A DNA stretch of 64,000 nt from Candidatus Woesearchaeota archaeon (GCA_018302605.1 JAGVZN010000010.1:65013-129012); one strand, 5' to 3'; shown: positions 39,001 to 48,073, numbered from the stretch's first letter. The notes: a model not told the origin generated them from the sequence alone. A program made the numbers and translations.

Positions 39001-40988
39001 TTAACAGCATGACAGGTTACACTCGCTCCCGAACCGACAGTGGTCATCGTCTCATTCTGGCCGTCAAAAGCAAGCGTGCAGATGTTGATCTCAATATCAT
39101 CTCCCGCGGAGAGATTGACCGTCACCGAACTCGCGTTGACGAAACTGTTGTTGATTGGGGTTGGGCTGATGAAATCAATCGTCGGCAGAGAGACATCTAC
39201 ATCTGTAAACGCCGTTGTTGTTTGGTTACTGTTTCCCGCAGAATCGTTAGCCATCGCCCGCACGCCGTAGACTCCGGGAACGATCAATTCGCTGGGACTT
39301 AAGATCAGCGGCAGGGAATCGTCGATCGTCTGGATGAGCATGGTTCCATTCGGGAACGTTACGTTGAGGACTTTTGATTCCAGATTTGTATCCTGCGTGG
39401 TCCAGGTGATTGTCGCCGTCGTCCCCACCAGCGGCACGGTAGTGACATTTATTGTCACGTCCAGCGCCGGGTTGATCGTATCCACGGTAATCGTCCTTGT
39501 TCCCGTTTGGTTTTCATTGCCAGAAGAATCGTTGGCATAAGCTTTGTAAGTATGCGTTCCTTGCGCTAATGCTGTTTTTGCCAGATTGCAGCTTACACTC
39601 GCGCCTGAGCCCACGTTGGTCATCGTTTCGTTGATGTCATCAAAAGTTAACGTGCATCTGCTGATCGCTACATCGTTTTCAGCGGTGATGTTAATCGTCG
39701 CCGTCGTGCTATCCCAAAAAGTGTTATTTCCCGGAGTAGGATCGACGAAATCAATTGTTGGTGGGTGATTATCCGTCACGGTAAACGTGGTGTTCGTCAG
39801 GTTTGTATTTCCTGCCAAATCATTTGCTTCTAATCTGACCAGATATGTTCCTAAACTGGTCAGAACTGCCGGGGGATAGGATATCTCCCCGCTGTTGTTG
39901 TTCGTTTCGGAGAGGAGTGTTCCATTAGGAAGCGTCACATTCAGTGCGGTCATCTCGAGATGTGTGTCATTTACCAGCCAGCTGATCTTAATTGAATCCT
40001 GTCCCAAGATCAGAACGGATGTATTCACAGAAAGATTTAATGAGGGATACGTTGTATCAACCGTAAATGTTTGCGTCTGTGTCTGGTTCTCGTTCCCGGT
40101 GGAATCGTTAGCATAAGCTTTGTAAGTATGCACGCCTTCCGCTAATGCTGTTTTTGCCAGATTGCAGTTTACACTCGCTCCTGAGCCTACTTCTGTCATC
40201 GTCTCATTGACACCATCAAAAGTTAAAGTGCACGCGGCAACTTCACTGTTGTCTGTTGTCGAGATATTGACCGTGGCCTGACTCGTATTCAGAAAAGTAT
40301 TGTTGGCCGGAGTTGGATCAACGAAGTCAATAGCTGGTGTTGTAGTGTCTGTGCTCGATGTGTAGGTCACATTCAAGGTCAGGACATCAAAAATCCACGT
40401 CTTCGCTCCCGTCCCCCCTCCAGTCCGCTGCGCCTGCGCTTTTGCCAGCGCTCTCGTTGTTCCCGCGGCAAAAAACTGTGTACAATTCCATGATTCGCTG
40501 GCCGTCACGTTGATGCAAGTCACTCCTGCCGCTTCCGCCGCAAGGCACGCGGCAGAAGAGTCCGTCCAGGATGCGCCGCTATTGGCATCAATACCAACCG
40601 TACAGATGTGATTCGCGACATCACAGGCGGCTGTGCTGCACCAGAACTTATAACAGAGCGAGACTGATTTTACGGAAGCACAATCAGTGATGCTGCTATT
40701 GAAATACGTTCCTTGCACCCCTCCGTAACTATGATTGGAACCGGCGCGATACGAATCCCCCGTCTCGGCACTGGCATCATCGCAGAACAAGCGATCGCCG
40801 GTATCTTGGCAGATTGCTGGATATGTCCCTGCGCAGCTTACGTCAAAGAGATTTTGAGTCTGCTGAGTTGTCTGCCGCGCGCAGCTCTGGGCATGAATTT
40901 CGGTCATCGCTGCTTGTGTAAATGCTGCTAATCCCAACAGCAATAAGAGTAGAACTATCTCCTTGCTCCTGACGCGTCCTTTTTTCAT
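36030..40988 (-). CDS. giant cell-surface protein (1652 aa) with Cys-rich N-terminus, tandem Ig/PKD-like repeats and C-terminal TM anchor
   Basis: Signal peptide. At least four ~190-aa repeats (CTLTFDGVNETMTEVGSGASVNCNLAKTALAEGVHTYKAYANDSTGNENQT...). Many N-x-S/T sequons, a Gly-rich linker, a C-terminal TM and a Lys/Arg tail. Confidence 0.75.
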   Translation of the reverse strand: MKKGRVRSKEIVLLLLLLGLAAFTQAAMTEIHAQSCARQTTQQTQNLFDVSCAGTYPAICQDTGDRLFCDDASAETGDSYRAGSNHSYGGVQGTYFNSSITDCASVKSVSLCYKFWCSTAACDVANHICTVGIDANSGASWTDSSAACLAAEAAGVTCINVTASESWNCTQFFAAGTTRALAKAQAQRTGGGTGAKTWIFDVLTLNVTYTSSTDTTTPAIDFVDPTPANNTFLNTSQATVNISTTDNSEVAACTLTFDGVNETMTEVGSGASVNCNLAKTALAEGVHTYKAYANDSTGNENQTQTQTFTVDTTYPSLNLSVNTSVLILGQDSIKISWLVNDTHLEMTALNVTLPNGTLLSETNNNSGEISYPPAVLTSLGTYLVRLEANDLAGNTNLTNTTFTVTDNHPPTIDFVDPTPGNNTFWDSTTATINITAENDVAISRCTLTFDDINETMTNVGSGASVSCNLAKTALAQGTHTYKAYANDSSGNENQTGTRTITVDTINPALDVTINVTTVPLVGTTATITWTTQDTNLESKVLNVTFPNGTMLIQTIDDSLPLILSPSELIVPGVYGVRAMANDSAGNSNQTTTAFTDVDVSLPTIDFISPTPINNSFVNASSVTVNLSAGDDIEINICTLAFDGQNETMTTVGSGASVTCHAVKSGLGEGAHTFRAYVVDSSGNENQTALREFIVDTILPSLNLSLNATVLEFNTDSINISWQANDSNLHTTAFNLTYPNGTLVIQTNNNSGALVYPPTVLVAEGTYLLRTEANDSAGWLQQANTTFLVSSSQDLAAPLIAFVNPTPENNSIVNTSFTINASIEDLVAIGGCSLELDGVNESATLGGGNTFCFSSKTGVSEGTYVFRLFVNDTSGNINLTEPRTITVDGTLPEINLTLNATTAELNQSSLLLSWQISDIHLNLTLINITFPNGSLIISSENNSGNFTLTPLELISSGIYSVQALADDSAGNKNETEITFSVNDTILPTLIFSLNDSTIKLGEEAVNITWSAADPNLQSVIFNLTFPNGTLLAQTENVSGRLLISDALSAVGTYTARLSANDSLGNMKVTAITFVVNDTLSPILSGTIPTSGSIFDYPAIIELAVNVTDASLIDKVQANVTYPNGTDEIISLLNTLERYNGSFVSPPLLGQYTIIFIANDSLGNQNNSAAIQFTVNATDDDNDFVPDANDTLLGNESAVTASGIVQLNITVGGLPPTGNTFTGTQTILFQDGTSPFLNFSHNFSTSTLNLSRIRITRTATALIVNISDQLQENETKTLLITDDSFLSFCVKDAEIASLAEISLECTEEDETDLSACLGNSSGITQQGISCRDDNNTLIVSGLNHSALLGTQAEAAAETTVVAGGGGSGGGRANGDGGTVCPEGMTLQRGKCVTLAGTKERTGPEEPEVLFDIILTIPPGRQEIEEGTRELPLEITFLKFGGTEIDTEVLLTIQLLHSNDLIQEWKEDLAVRREEKLASALFLPLLPIGEYQIKTKIVYGERTGESKLAESSAAFTVIAKRKENLPLIIFEIVILGLFLFAVLSLSQEKWQKKRKTGMRRAGRAARNSNRKVKKISRQESYPQNKQRIKKDFLRVQNVQNEQLSSTIDSEVNFKIENLLPPFSQQEKKQDEHSGLPVMEMTRKEKKKKDGENHSR

Positions 40989-41321
40989 GGCAGAACAAGC
41001 TTATTTTCGTTTTACGTCGTTTTATAGGTGCGTTTGACAGAATCAACAAAATATTTTTTTCTGGTTCTTGTTTAATCAAAAATGAACTTTACTGGGGAGG
41101 TTTTACCGCGAGGAATCAGAAAGAGTAAATCTCGGGTGGTTCATTAGGTAATTTTCGAGTCTCTTTTTGCTTTAGTTTATCAACGCAAAATTTAAATAAA
41201 AGCCAGACCTCTCTATAACAAAAGTAATAATCTCTTACTCTCCCTTTTACAATCTGGCGGCGGATGTAAACTTTTTTTGTGGAAATGGAGTAAAGCTATC
41301 CAAAAATTAAAAAGAGGCGGG

Positions 41322-41829
41322 ATGCATCACATTTACCAAAAACGAAAAAAGGACGCTCAAGCTTCTTATCGAGGATGGGCGGGTTTCTGATACGGATATT
41401 GCTGAACATCTTAAGATCACCAAGCAGGCGGTGGGTAAGATCCGCCGTAAGTTAGAAGAGAGCGGGGTGATCATCGGCTATTCCACCAAAATTGATTTTG
41501 CCAAATTGGGCGTTGATGTTTTTGCCACGGAAACTGTGGCCATTGTTCCGCATTGCGGCAAAGAATCGACACATTGCTGTTCCGCTCTGCTGGAAAGCCC
41601 GCACGTGATCAAGCTGAACAAGCTTCCAGAACAGAATCGTTTTATGGCATTTTACGGCTTCCGCAATCTAGGTGAATTGGAACATTTTTTTAAGAATGGT
41701 CCGGAGCAGAATGGGGTAAGCAGCCATGTCTATTGCTTCCAGCATTCACCGATCAAGATTTTTTCGGGGAAGAGCCGCCTTAAGGATTGTTCGATCGGAC
41801 TGCTGACAAAGATTGTTGATGAGATCTGA
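41322..41829 (+). CDS. Lrp/AsnC-family regulator with an apparent frameshift in an A6 run
   Basis: ATG at 41322 gives MHHIYQKRKK, then frame +1 gives RTLKLLIEDGRVSDTDIAEHLKITKQAVGKIRRKLEESGVI (AsnC HTH). The frames join at A6 (41345-41350). The track ORF starts only at GTG 41431, which would truncate the HTH. Confidence 0.5.
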
Positions 41830-41839
41830 TCAAAGAGAC

Positions 41840-42110
41840 CTAACCGGAATTGGTTTCAGTGGGGGGGGGGGGGGCAGCTTCCGTGCTGTTCCCGTTATTC
41901 TGGGAAAAATGTTCTTCCAGATAGCGGATGATCTCTCCCGAATCCCCAATATATTTACCATCAATGGAAATGACCGGTACGGTCGGCACACCGCTTCCGA
42001 TCGTGGGGCACGATAATTGCCGTGAACGGCAGTTCCAGCCGATGCAGGACAGCCCGTACTTTTGCACAGAATGGACATTCTTGAAACTGATATAAAGTTA
42101 TTTTTGTCAT
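41840..42110 (-). pseudogene. glutaredoxin-like protein interrupted by a 1-nt frameshift
   Basis: N-terminal frame MTKITLYQFQECPFCAKVRAVLHRLELPFTAIIVPHD. The C-terminal frame continues IGSGVPTVPVISIDGKYIGDSGEIIRYLEEHF. The frames switch at a C4 run near 42004-42007, and removing one C restores a ~85-aa glutaredoxin. Confidence 0.5.
41861..41874. repeat. G14 homopolymer tract
   Basis: Fourteen consecutive G. It lies in the 3' end of the glutaredoxin-like reading frame (encoding PPPP on the minus strand) just downstream of the Lrp gene. Confidence 0.9.
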
Positions 42111-42137
42111 TGTAAATCCGCTGTTTTTTCTATTCTT

Positions 42138-42183
42138 GTATTTGTTTAGCTTTTCTGGCGGGCCGTGCATCTGAGCGGAAATC
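42138..42183 (+). repeat. conserved ~47-nt intergenic motif, copy 3
   Basis: TGTATTTGTTTAGCTTTTCTGGCGGGCCGTGCATCTGAGCGGAAATC. Its hairpin keeps pairing through a C-to-U change (G-U wobble) relative to copy 1. Confidence 0.6.
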
Positions 42184-42300
42184 TGCTACCATTTCATCTG
42201 CATCACGCTGTAGATTAGATGATTTCCGCACCAAGTTAGGAATCACGCATCTTCAGATGCACCGCTTGGCCCAGCCACCAGTTAAACAAATACTCATTCT

Positions 42301-42534
42301 CTATTTCTTCTTCAGCGCTTTCTCGATCGCGTCTGGATCAAAACCGACAATGATCTTGCCGTTGATGTCCAGCACGGGTACGCCCATCTGCTTTGATTTC
42401 TTAAACATCTCTTCCCGGGCTTTTTCTTTGCTGCTCACATCCAGTTCCTTGAACGCAATTTTTTTCTGCTTCAGGAACTCTTTTGTCTTTTTGCACCAGG
42501 GGCACGTCGGCGTCGTGTATATTGTTACGGCCAT
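42301..42534 (-). CDS. glutaredoxin/NrdH-like small redox protein
   Basis: 77 aa with CPWC active site and a VPVLDINGKIIVG thioredoxin-fold C-terminus. Confidence 0.7.
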   Translation of the reverse strand: MAVTIYTTPTCPWCKKTKEFLKQKKIAFKELDVSSKEKAREEMFKKSKQMGVPVLDINGKIIVGFDPDAIEKALKKK

Positions 42535-42819
42535 AAGGGCACCTCTTTTTTTTTGTTAAGGTTGTACGCAGCAGATTTGTTATTTATATGTTTTGCGCAA
42601 TTCGGCTCTGGTGAGGGAAGGCTTACCATCCAATAGACTTAATACATACCATTTCGGCGCAATCCAAAAAGTGAGTGATAGCACCATATCGACCTGAAAA
42701 CGAGGATGGCTGTGCCATCCTGTTTTCCGTTTGAGATGCGACTATCGCATCTCATCCCAGAAAATCGTGGATGGTTTTCTGGGCAGTGGTGATAATGGTG
42801 CTATCACTCAGAAAAGGGA

Positions 42820-43710
42820 TTGTGCCACCCTTTCGTTAGTTTTAAATACTTTCTTTCTCTTACCCATCTCATGGTGATCCCCTCTTCCCTGCGGAAAAAT
42901 CTGCTCATCCTTACAATCATCCTCTCTGTTATCGGCCTGCTGACTTCTCTTTATCTGGTCAAGAACCATTATGCGCCAGCCACTTCTGCTTCGTTCTGCG
43001 ATCTCAGCGTTTCCGTATCCTGTTCTTTAGTTAATACATCCACTTTCTCTGTCTTTCTCGGTGTCCCCGTTGCCGTCTTCGGTGCGTTATGGTTTGTGGT
43101 TCTCGCCGCCTTGGCCTGGCGTGCACTGAGAAAAGATGGTGCGTTTATCTTTGGCCTGCTCGTCTGGAATGTCGTAGGAATACTCTCCGTCGTCTATCTG
43201 ATTATTGCGGAAATCATCCTGCAGGCACTCTGTCCGTTCTGCACGGTCGTTCACGCAATCATTGTCATCACGCTGATTTTCTCGATTATCCTGTATAAAA
43301 GAACACCTAAAATCTCTGTTGAAAAAGCGCTGCGTGAACTGCGGACATGGATCATCGCCGTTTTCCTGATCACGATCATCATTTTCATTCTCTTTAACAT
43401 CTCTTCAAAACAACAGGAAGATCATACGGTCCTGGCGCAATGCCTTACGGAGAAAGGTGTGGTGATGTATGGTTCCTCTCGTTGCGCGGTCTGCGCCAAG
43501 ACGCGGGCGCTGTTCGGCCCGGCTTTCCAATACGTCACAGAGATTGAATGTTATCCGGGGCAGGAAAATTCCCAGACCGAACTTTGCCTGTCCCAGAAAA
43601 TTGCCGGGACACCGACCTGGGTTATGGAGCAGGAGGGTATAGAACAGAAACGCCAGCAAGGCTTTTTGTCCATAGAAGAATTACAAACATTTTCGGGGTG
43701 TGAAGAATAA
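42820..43710 (+). CDS. VKOR (vitamin K epoxide reductase)-like membrane domain fused to a thioredoxin-like domain
   Basis: Loop Cys pair CDLSVSVSC, TM CPFC active site, and a C-terminal soluble domain with CAVC. Confidence 0.6.
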   Translation: MCHPFVSFKYFLSLTHLMVIPSSLRKNLLILTIILSVIGLLTSLYLVKNHYAPATSASFCDLSVSVSCSLVNTSTFSVFLGVPVAVFGALWFVVLAALAWRALRKDGAFIFGLLVWNVVGILSVVYLIIAEIILQALCPFCTVVHAIIVITLIFSIILYKRTPKISVEKALRELRTWIIAVFLITIIIFILFNISSKQQEDHTVLAQCLTEKGVVMYGSSRCAVCAKTRALFGPAFQYVTEIECYPGQENSQTELCLSQKIAGTPTWVMEQEGIEQKRQQGFLSIEELQTFSGCEE

Positions 43711-44425
43711 GATGATCTTCCCCGAAGGGCTTACCATCCCCATTCTTGTCGGAGCCGCTCTCCTAGACAGTATCAACCCCTGTGTTTTTGGGGTTCTGAT
43801 CTTTCTGATTGCATTCATGACGAAGATGTTTAAGAGTGCCAATAAAATGCTTCTGGGAGGCTTGCTCTACACGGCTGTTGTCTATCTGACTTACTTCCTT
43901 ATCGGTCTTGGTTTCTTGAAAGTGACGGTCTCCCTAGGCTTCTCCACGATCATCTATTGGATCGCTGCTATCATCGCCATCACTGCCGGCCTGCTGGAAA
44001 TCAAAGATTTTTTCTGGTACGGAAAAGGATTCAGCTTGATGATGTTTCCGGGTACAGCCCGCCGTCTGCGATTTTATACGCAAAAAATCGAAAAGCTTCA
44101 CCGCAAAGACGGATGGCTCACTTATGCTGCCGCCGCCCTGCTCGGAGTCTTTGTCGTCTTGATCGAACTTCCCTGTACGGGTGCGCCGTATCTGGCCATC
44201 CTGGCGATCATTGGCCAGGGTAATTTCAGTGCAGGTATTCCTTTGCTTCTCTTTTACAACCTCATCTTTATCCTCCCTTTGTTTGTAATCATCGGTATCG
44301 CCTATTTCGGCAAATCCTCTGCTGCGCTGGAGAAATGGCGGCAGAAACATCGCGGCCTGATGCGCCTGGCTGTGGGCTTGTTCCTCGTCGCTTTAGGTAT
44401 TTTGATGATCATGACTGTTCCTTAG
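43700..44425 (+). CDS. ccdA: CcdA/DsbD-family transmembrane thiol-disulfide transporter
   Basis: DSINPCVFGVL and ELPCTGAPYL, the two conserved TM cysteines of CcdA. Confidence 0.7.
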   Translation: MKNKMIFPEGLTIPILVGAALLDSINPCVFGVLIFLIAFMTKMFKSANKMLLGGLLYTAVVYLTYFLIGLGFLKVTVSLGFSTIIYWIAAIIAITAGLLEIKDFFWYGKGFSLMMFPGTARRLRFYTQKIEKLHRKDGWLTYAAAALLGVFVVLIELPCTGAPYLAILAIIGQGNFSAGIPLLLFYNLIFILPLFVIIGIAYFGKSSAALEKWRQKHRGLMRLAVGLFLVALGILMIMTVP

Positions 44426-44584
44426 GGCTTGTTCCATAGAGCGTTCAGCAGATAAAAAATAAAAATCCCAAGCACCGCAAGCGGCGGGGTATTTTTAATG
44501 TTTAATACCCCGCTCTGCTGTGGGAAGAAAAGTTAACCCCATCGCCCCAAGGGGCGGGGTATCAAACAAATAAAGAGGTGAAAC

Positions 44585-44698
44585 TGTGGCAAAGAAAAAA
44601 GCACACGTACAAAAGAAAGCGAAAGCAAAAAACAGCAGCAAAGGCGTGAAAAAAAGCTCTTCTCCAAAGAAAGGAAAGAATGTCTGCGATTTCTGTTG
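44585..44698 (+). CDS. small lysine-rich protein (37 aa), MAKKK family
   Basis: GTG start preceded by AAAGAGGTGA. Encodes MAKKKAHVQKKAKAKNSSKGVKKSSSPKKGKNVCDFC. Confidence 0.3.
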
Positions 44699-45590
44699 AT
44701 TTCTTGCTTGGGTACCATACCCCGCAGTTCTACTGCGATGTTGATTCCAAGCAAGATTAAAAAATACCCCGGAGCTCTGCTCCGATTGGGATTTTTTATT
44801 TTTTTTCTTTATTTTTTGGATGATGTAGTCTTATGTAGACTTTATGCATAAACTCCCCCTCCCGCGCTCTACTATCTCTTGGTAATCCATTTACATTAAA
44901 TAGACCAGAAAGCCTCTTCTTTTAAGATGAGGATGAATGGGCTTTCTAGCCTATTTATGTCACAAAGTGCGGGGATTAGAAAGCGTCTCATGGTTAGAAA
45001 ATAATAAATACCATGATATATTTCTACTCTCCGTGCCGGACACTTCGGTTGTCCTGGAAAGGATGCGTCCATCGCAGCCTCTGTCAGATGTTCACCATTA
45101 ATCGTGTGGCTGGACTATAACTCACGCGACGAAACCTACATTTGGTACGCTTCTTTGATGGCGCGAAGCAGATCACCGTTAAAACAAACCAGTAGGTTAA
45201 GTTTCGATATTGGGCGTTGTTTGCGGCACTCCTTCACCGAGTCCAGAGCACACTTTAACGTATGACTCCAACAACGCGATCAGGCAAAAAAAGAAAGAAA
45301 CAAGGACCTAAATTGCGGCAGAAAAGACCGTCACGAGGTTCTCGTTCTTCCTCTTCTTCTTCTGCGCGGAAAAGCCCCCGTCAGGCTAGTGGTAAAGCCA
45401 AAGATTCTAAAGTGGTGAAATTAGTCCGTCTTTCTAAAAAGAATCGACGGAATGGTTATAATACTTCATTGAAAAAATCCAGCAGATCGCCGTTGTCAAA
45501 ACTGGCTAACCGTCTGCATTCCAGGAAACGACGATAACCGTCATCATTCTCCGGTGGAGGTAACAACAGGTTAGATAGTTGAGATTCTTT

Positions 45591-45830
45591 TTAGGAGAGA
45601 GTTGCTTGGTCTGATTCAGTACATCTTACAGCATATCCCCTATAATTTTCTGGAAATATCTTTGTAAGATCTTCTGGCAACGGTTGCGTTAAATATGCTA
45701 CAATGGTCATTTCCCATTTATTTATTCCAACCCCGCAAATGTATTCTTTCCACGGTTCAACACCTAGGTATTGTTCACCAAAAGCGGTCTTGGCATCTCT
45801 TAAATCATCATTCATTTTCACGTCCTCCAT
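45591..45830 (-). CDS. hypothetical small protein
   Basis: 79-aa ORF. Confidence 0.3.
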   Translation of the reverse strand: MEDVKMNDDLRDAKTAFGEQYLGVEPWKEYICGVGINKWEMTIVAYLTQPLPEDLTKIFPENYRGYAVRCTESDQATLS

Positions 45831-46168
45831 TTACTTTTTTATTCTAAATAAGAGCTTCTATTTTATAAATCTTTCCACAAGTACCCCCCTCACGTAACAA
45901 TTATTATCTATAATCATTGTATCCAATTTTCTTTCCTTTCCAGAGATAAAATTTGAGCGATTATATTCCAGCGAGTGCTTGAAGCAGGCCAATCCGAACA
46001 AAGCAAAAGTTTCATTTGAGAAAAGAGTTCTCACACTGTGTCTCCCGATCGTAAAATGGGTTGTGTTGGAAAAGAAAGTATTGTCGCTGAGGTAACCGGT
46101 CTTTCCTGTTTCTTAATCCAAACATTTATTAATTTTTATCACTTTATCAACAATGAAAAGAGGCGCGT

Positions 46169-47041
46169 ATGACTATCATAAAACCATTCCCCCGAGTAAC
46201 TAATATTAAGAGATTAAAGCTTATCGCCAATATGATCCGTCAGGATATTATCCAGGCGTTAGTTGCCGCGGGCTCGGGCCATTCTGCCGGCCCGCTAGGG
46301 ATGGCTGATGTCTTTACTGCTTTGTATTTTAATGTTCTCGTCCACAACCCCCAGAACCCGTTCTGGGAAGGGCGTGACCGCCTCATTTTATCCAATGGCC
46401 ATATCTGCCCCGTCCTCTATGCGGCGCTGGCTAATACCGGCTACTTTCCCCGTGCTGAACTAAAGACACTGCGTCATCTGGGTACGCGGCTGCAAGGTCA
46501 TCCTCACCGCACTGCCCTTCCCGGGCTGGAAACAACATCCGGGCCTTTAGGCTCTGGCCTAAGCCAAGCGGCAGGAGCAGCGTATGCTTTGCGCATGGAC
46601 AAAAAGAAAAACCGGGTCTATTGCCTGATGAGCGACGGCGAACAGGAAGCTGGTCAGACGTGGGAAGCAGCGATGTTCGTGGGAAAGAATAAGCTTTCCA
46701 ATCTCACGGCGTTTATCGACCGCAATAATATCCAGATCGATGGCACAACAGAAGAAATCATGCCTCTCGAACCGTTGGCAGACAAGTACCGTGCATTTAA
46801 TTGGCATGTTTTGGAAATTGACGCTAACAATGTCAAAGCAGTGATCGATGCCTGCAATGAAGCACGCGCGATTACGGAGCGTCCGACGCTGATCATTGCT
46901 CACAATACTCCGGGAAAAGGCGTTTCGTTCATGGAAAACAATTATGAATGGCATGGCAAGCCGCCGACGGCGGAACAGGCCAAGATCGCTTTGCGTGAGC
47001 TGCAGGTCTGGCGTTCTCAGATCATGAGCGGGAGGGATTAG
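46169..47041 (+). CDS. tkt: transketolase, N-terminal subunit (split form)
   Basis: GSGHSAGPLGMADVFTALYF plus a TPP-binding GDGE-type motif (SDGEQEAG). Confidence 0.85.
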   Translation: MTIIKPFPRVTNIKRLKLIANMIRQDIIQALVAAGSGHSAGPLGMADVFTALYFNVLVHNPQNPFWEGRDRLILSNGHICPVLYAALANTGYFPRAELKTLRHLGTRLQGHPHRTALPGLETTSGPLGSGLSQAAGAAYALRMDKKKNRVYCLMSDGEQEAGQTWEAAMFVGKNKLSNLTAFIDRNNIQIDGTTEEIMPLEPLADKYRAFNWHVLEIDANNVKAVIDACNEARAITERPTLIIAHNTPGKGVSFMENNYEWHGKPPTAEQAKIALRELQVWRSQIMSGRD

Positions 47042-47044
47042 GAT

Positions 47045-48073
47045 ATGGGCAGTATCAATCCTCGAATGTATCTCATCGATGCACTATACTCTAAGAATGT
47101 CAAGAAGGTGAATACGCGTGACGGCTACGGGAAAGGATTGGTCAAAGCCGGAGAAAAAAATCCAGACGTCGTCGTCATCTGCGCTGACCTGACTGAGTCC
47201 ACGCGCAGCTTATGGTTTCAGGAAAAATTCCCGGATCGTTTTGTCGAAGTGGGTGTAGCGGAACAAAACATGGCTTCACTTGCCGCAGGCATGGCCGCTA
47301 CCGGGAAAGTTGTGTTTATCTCATCCTATGCTGCATTTTCTCCTGGCAGAAATAATGAGCAGATCCGCACGACGATTAGTTATAATAGCTGGAAGAGCAA
47401 ACCGGGGAAAGAGATCAATGTCAAGATCGGCGGCGCGCATGCCGGGATCAGCGTCGGTCCGGATGGCGCAACCCATCAGCAATTGGAAGATGTTGCCTTG
47501 ATGCGGATGCAGCCGGGAATGACGGTTCTCGTGCCGTGTGATGATGTAGAATGTGAAAAAGCGACGGTTGCCGCCGCTGAATATCCCGGGCCAGTGTATA
47601 TCCGCTTTGGCCGGACTTCCTATCCTTCGTATACAACTATAAAGACGCCATTCCAGATCGGCCGGATCGAAGAGTTCCGCAGCGGAAAAGATTGTACGAT
47701 TATTGCCAATGGTCCGCTATTGTATGAAGCATTAATTGCGGCAAAGAAATTAGAGAAAGAGATTGATTGTCAAGTATTAAACTGCCATACGGTAAAACCC
47801 CTGGATTGCGGCACGCTGCTTAAAGCTGTGCAGAAGACGGGGTGTGTGGTGACCGCTGAAGAACATCAATGGCTCGGCGGTTTAGGAGGAGCAATCGCTG
47901 AATTTATCAGTGAGGTCTATCCTGTTCCAATCAAAAGGATCGGGGTCCAGGATCGCTTTGGTGAAAGCGGCAATCCTGATGAGCTGTTTAAAGAGTTCCA
48001 TCTGACCGCTGATGATATTGTTAAAGCCGTGCGTGAAGCAGTGAGGATGAAACAATGGCAAAAAAGAAAGTGA
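47045..48073 (+). CDS. tkt: transketolase, C-terminal subunit (split form)
   Basis: Pyrimidine-binding and C-terminal domains (FVEVGVAEQNMASLAAGMA...). Immediately follows the N-terminal subunit. Confidence 0.85.
   Translation: MGSINPRMYLIDALYSKNVKKVNTRDGYGKGLVKAGEKNPDVVVICADLTESTRSLWFQEKFPDRFVEVGVAEQNMASLAAGMAATGKVVFISSYAAFSPGRNNEQIRTTISYNSWKSKPGKEINVKIGGAHAGISVGPDGATHQQLEDVALMRMQPGMTVLVPCDDVECEKATVAAAEYPGPVYIRFGRTSYPSYTTIKTPFQIGRIEEFRSGKDCTIIANGPLLYEALIAAKKLEKEIDCQVLNCHTVKPLDCGTLLKAVQKTGCVVTAEEHQWLGGLGGAIAEFISEVYPVPIKRIGVQDRFGESGNPDELFKEFHLTADDIVKAVREAVRMKQWQKRK

Noticed and set aside
36192-40931. Numerous plus-strand ORFs (for example 36192-36707 and 37726-38274)
   Set aside because: All are antisense within the 1652-aa repeat protein. 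Repeats generate long stop-free antisense frames.
36030-40988. Possible CRISPR array suggested by the strong periodicity
   Set aside because: The periodicity is ~570-600 bp of coding repeats in one continuous ORF, not short repeats separated by unique spacers. No CRISPR-like array was seen anywhere in the window.
45262-45537. 91-aa highly basic plus-strand ORF
   Set aside because: Low-complexity S/R/K-rich translation without a ribosome-binding context. It could be another small basic protein, but the evidence is too weak to call.
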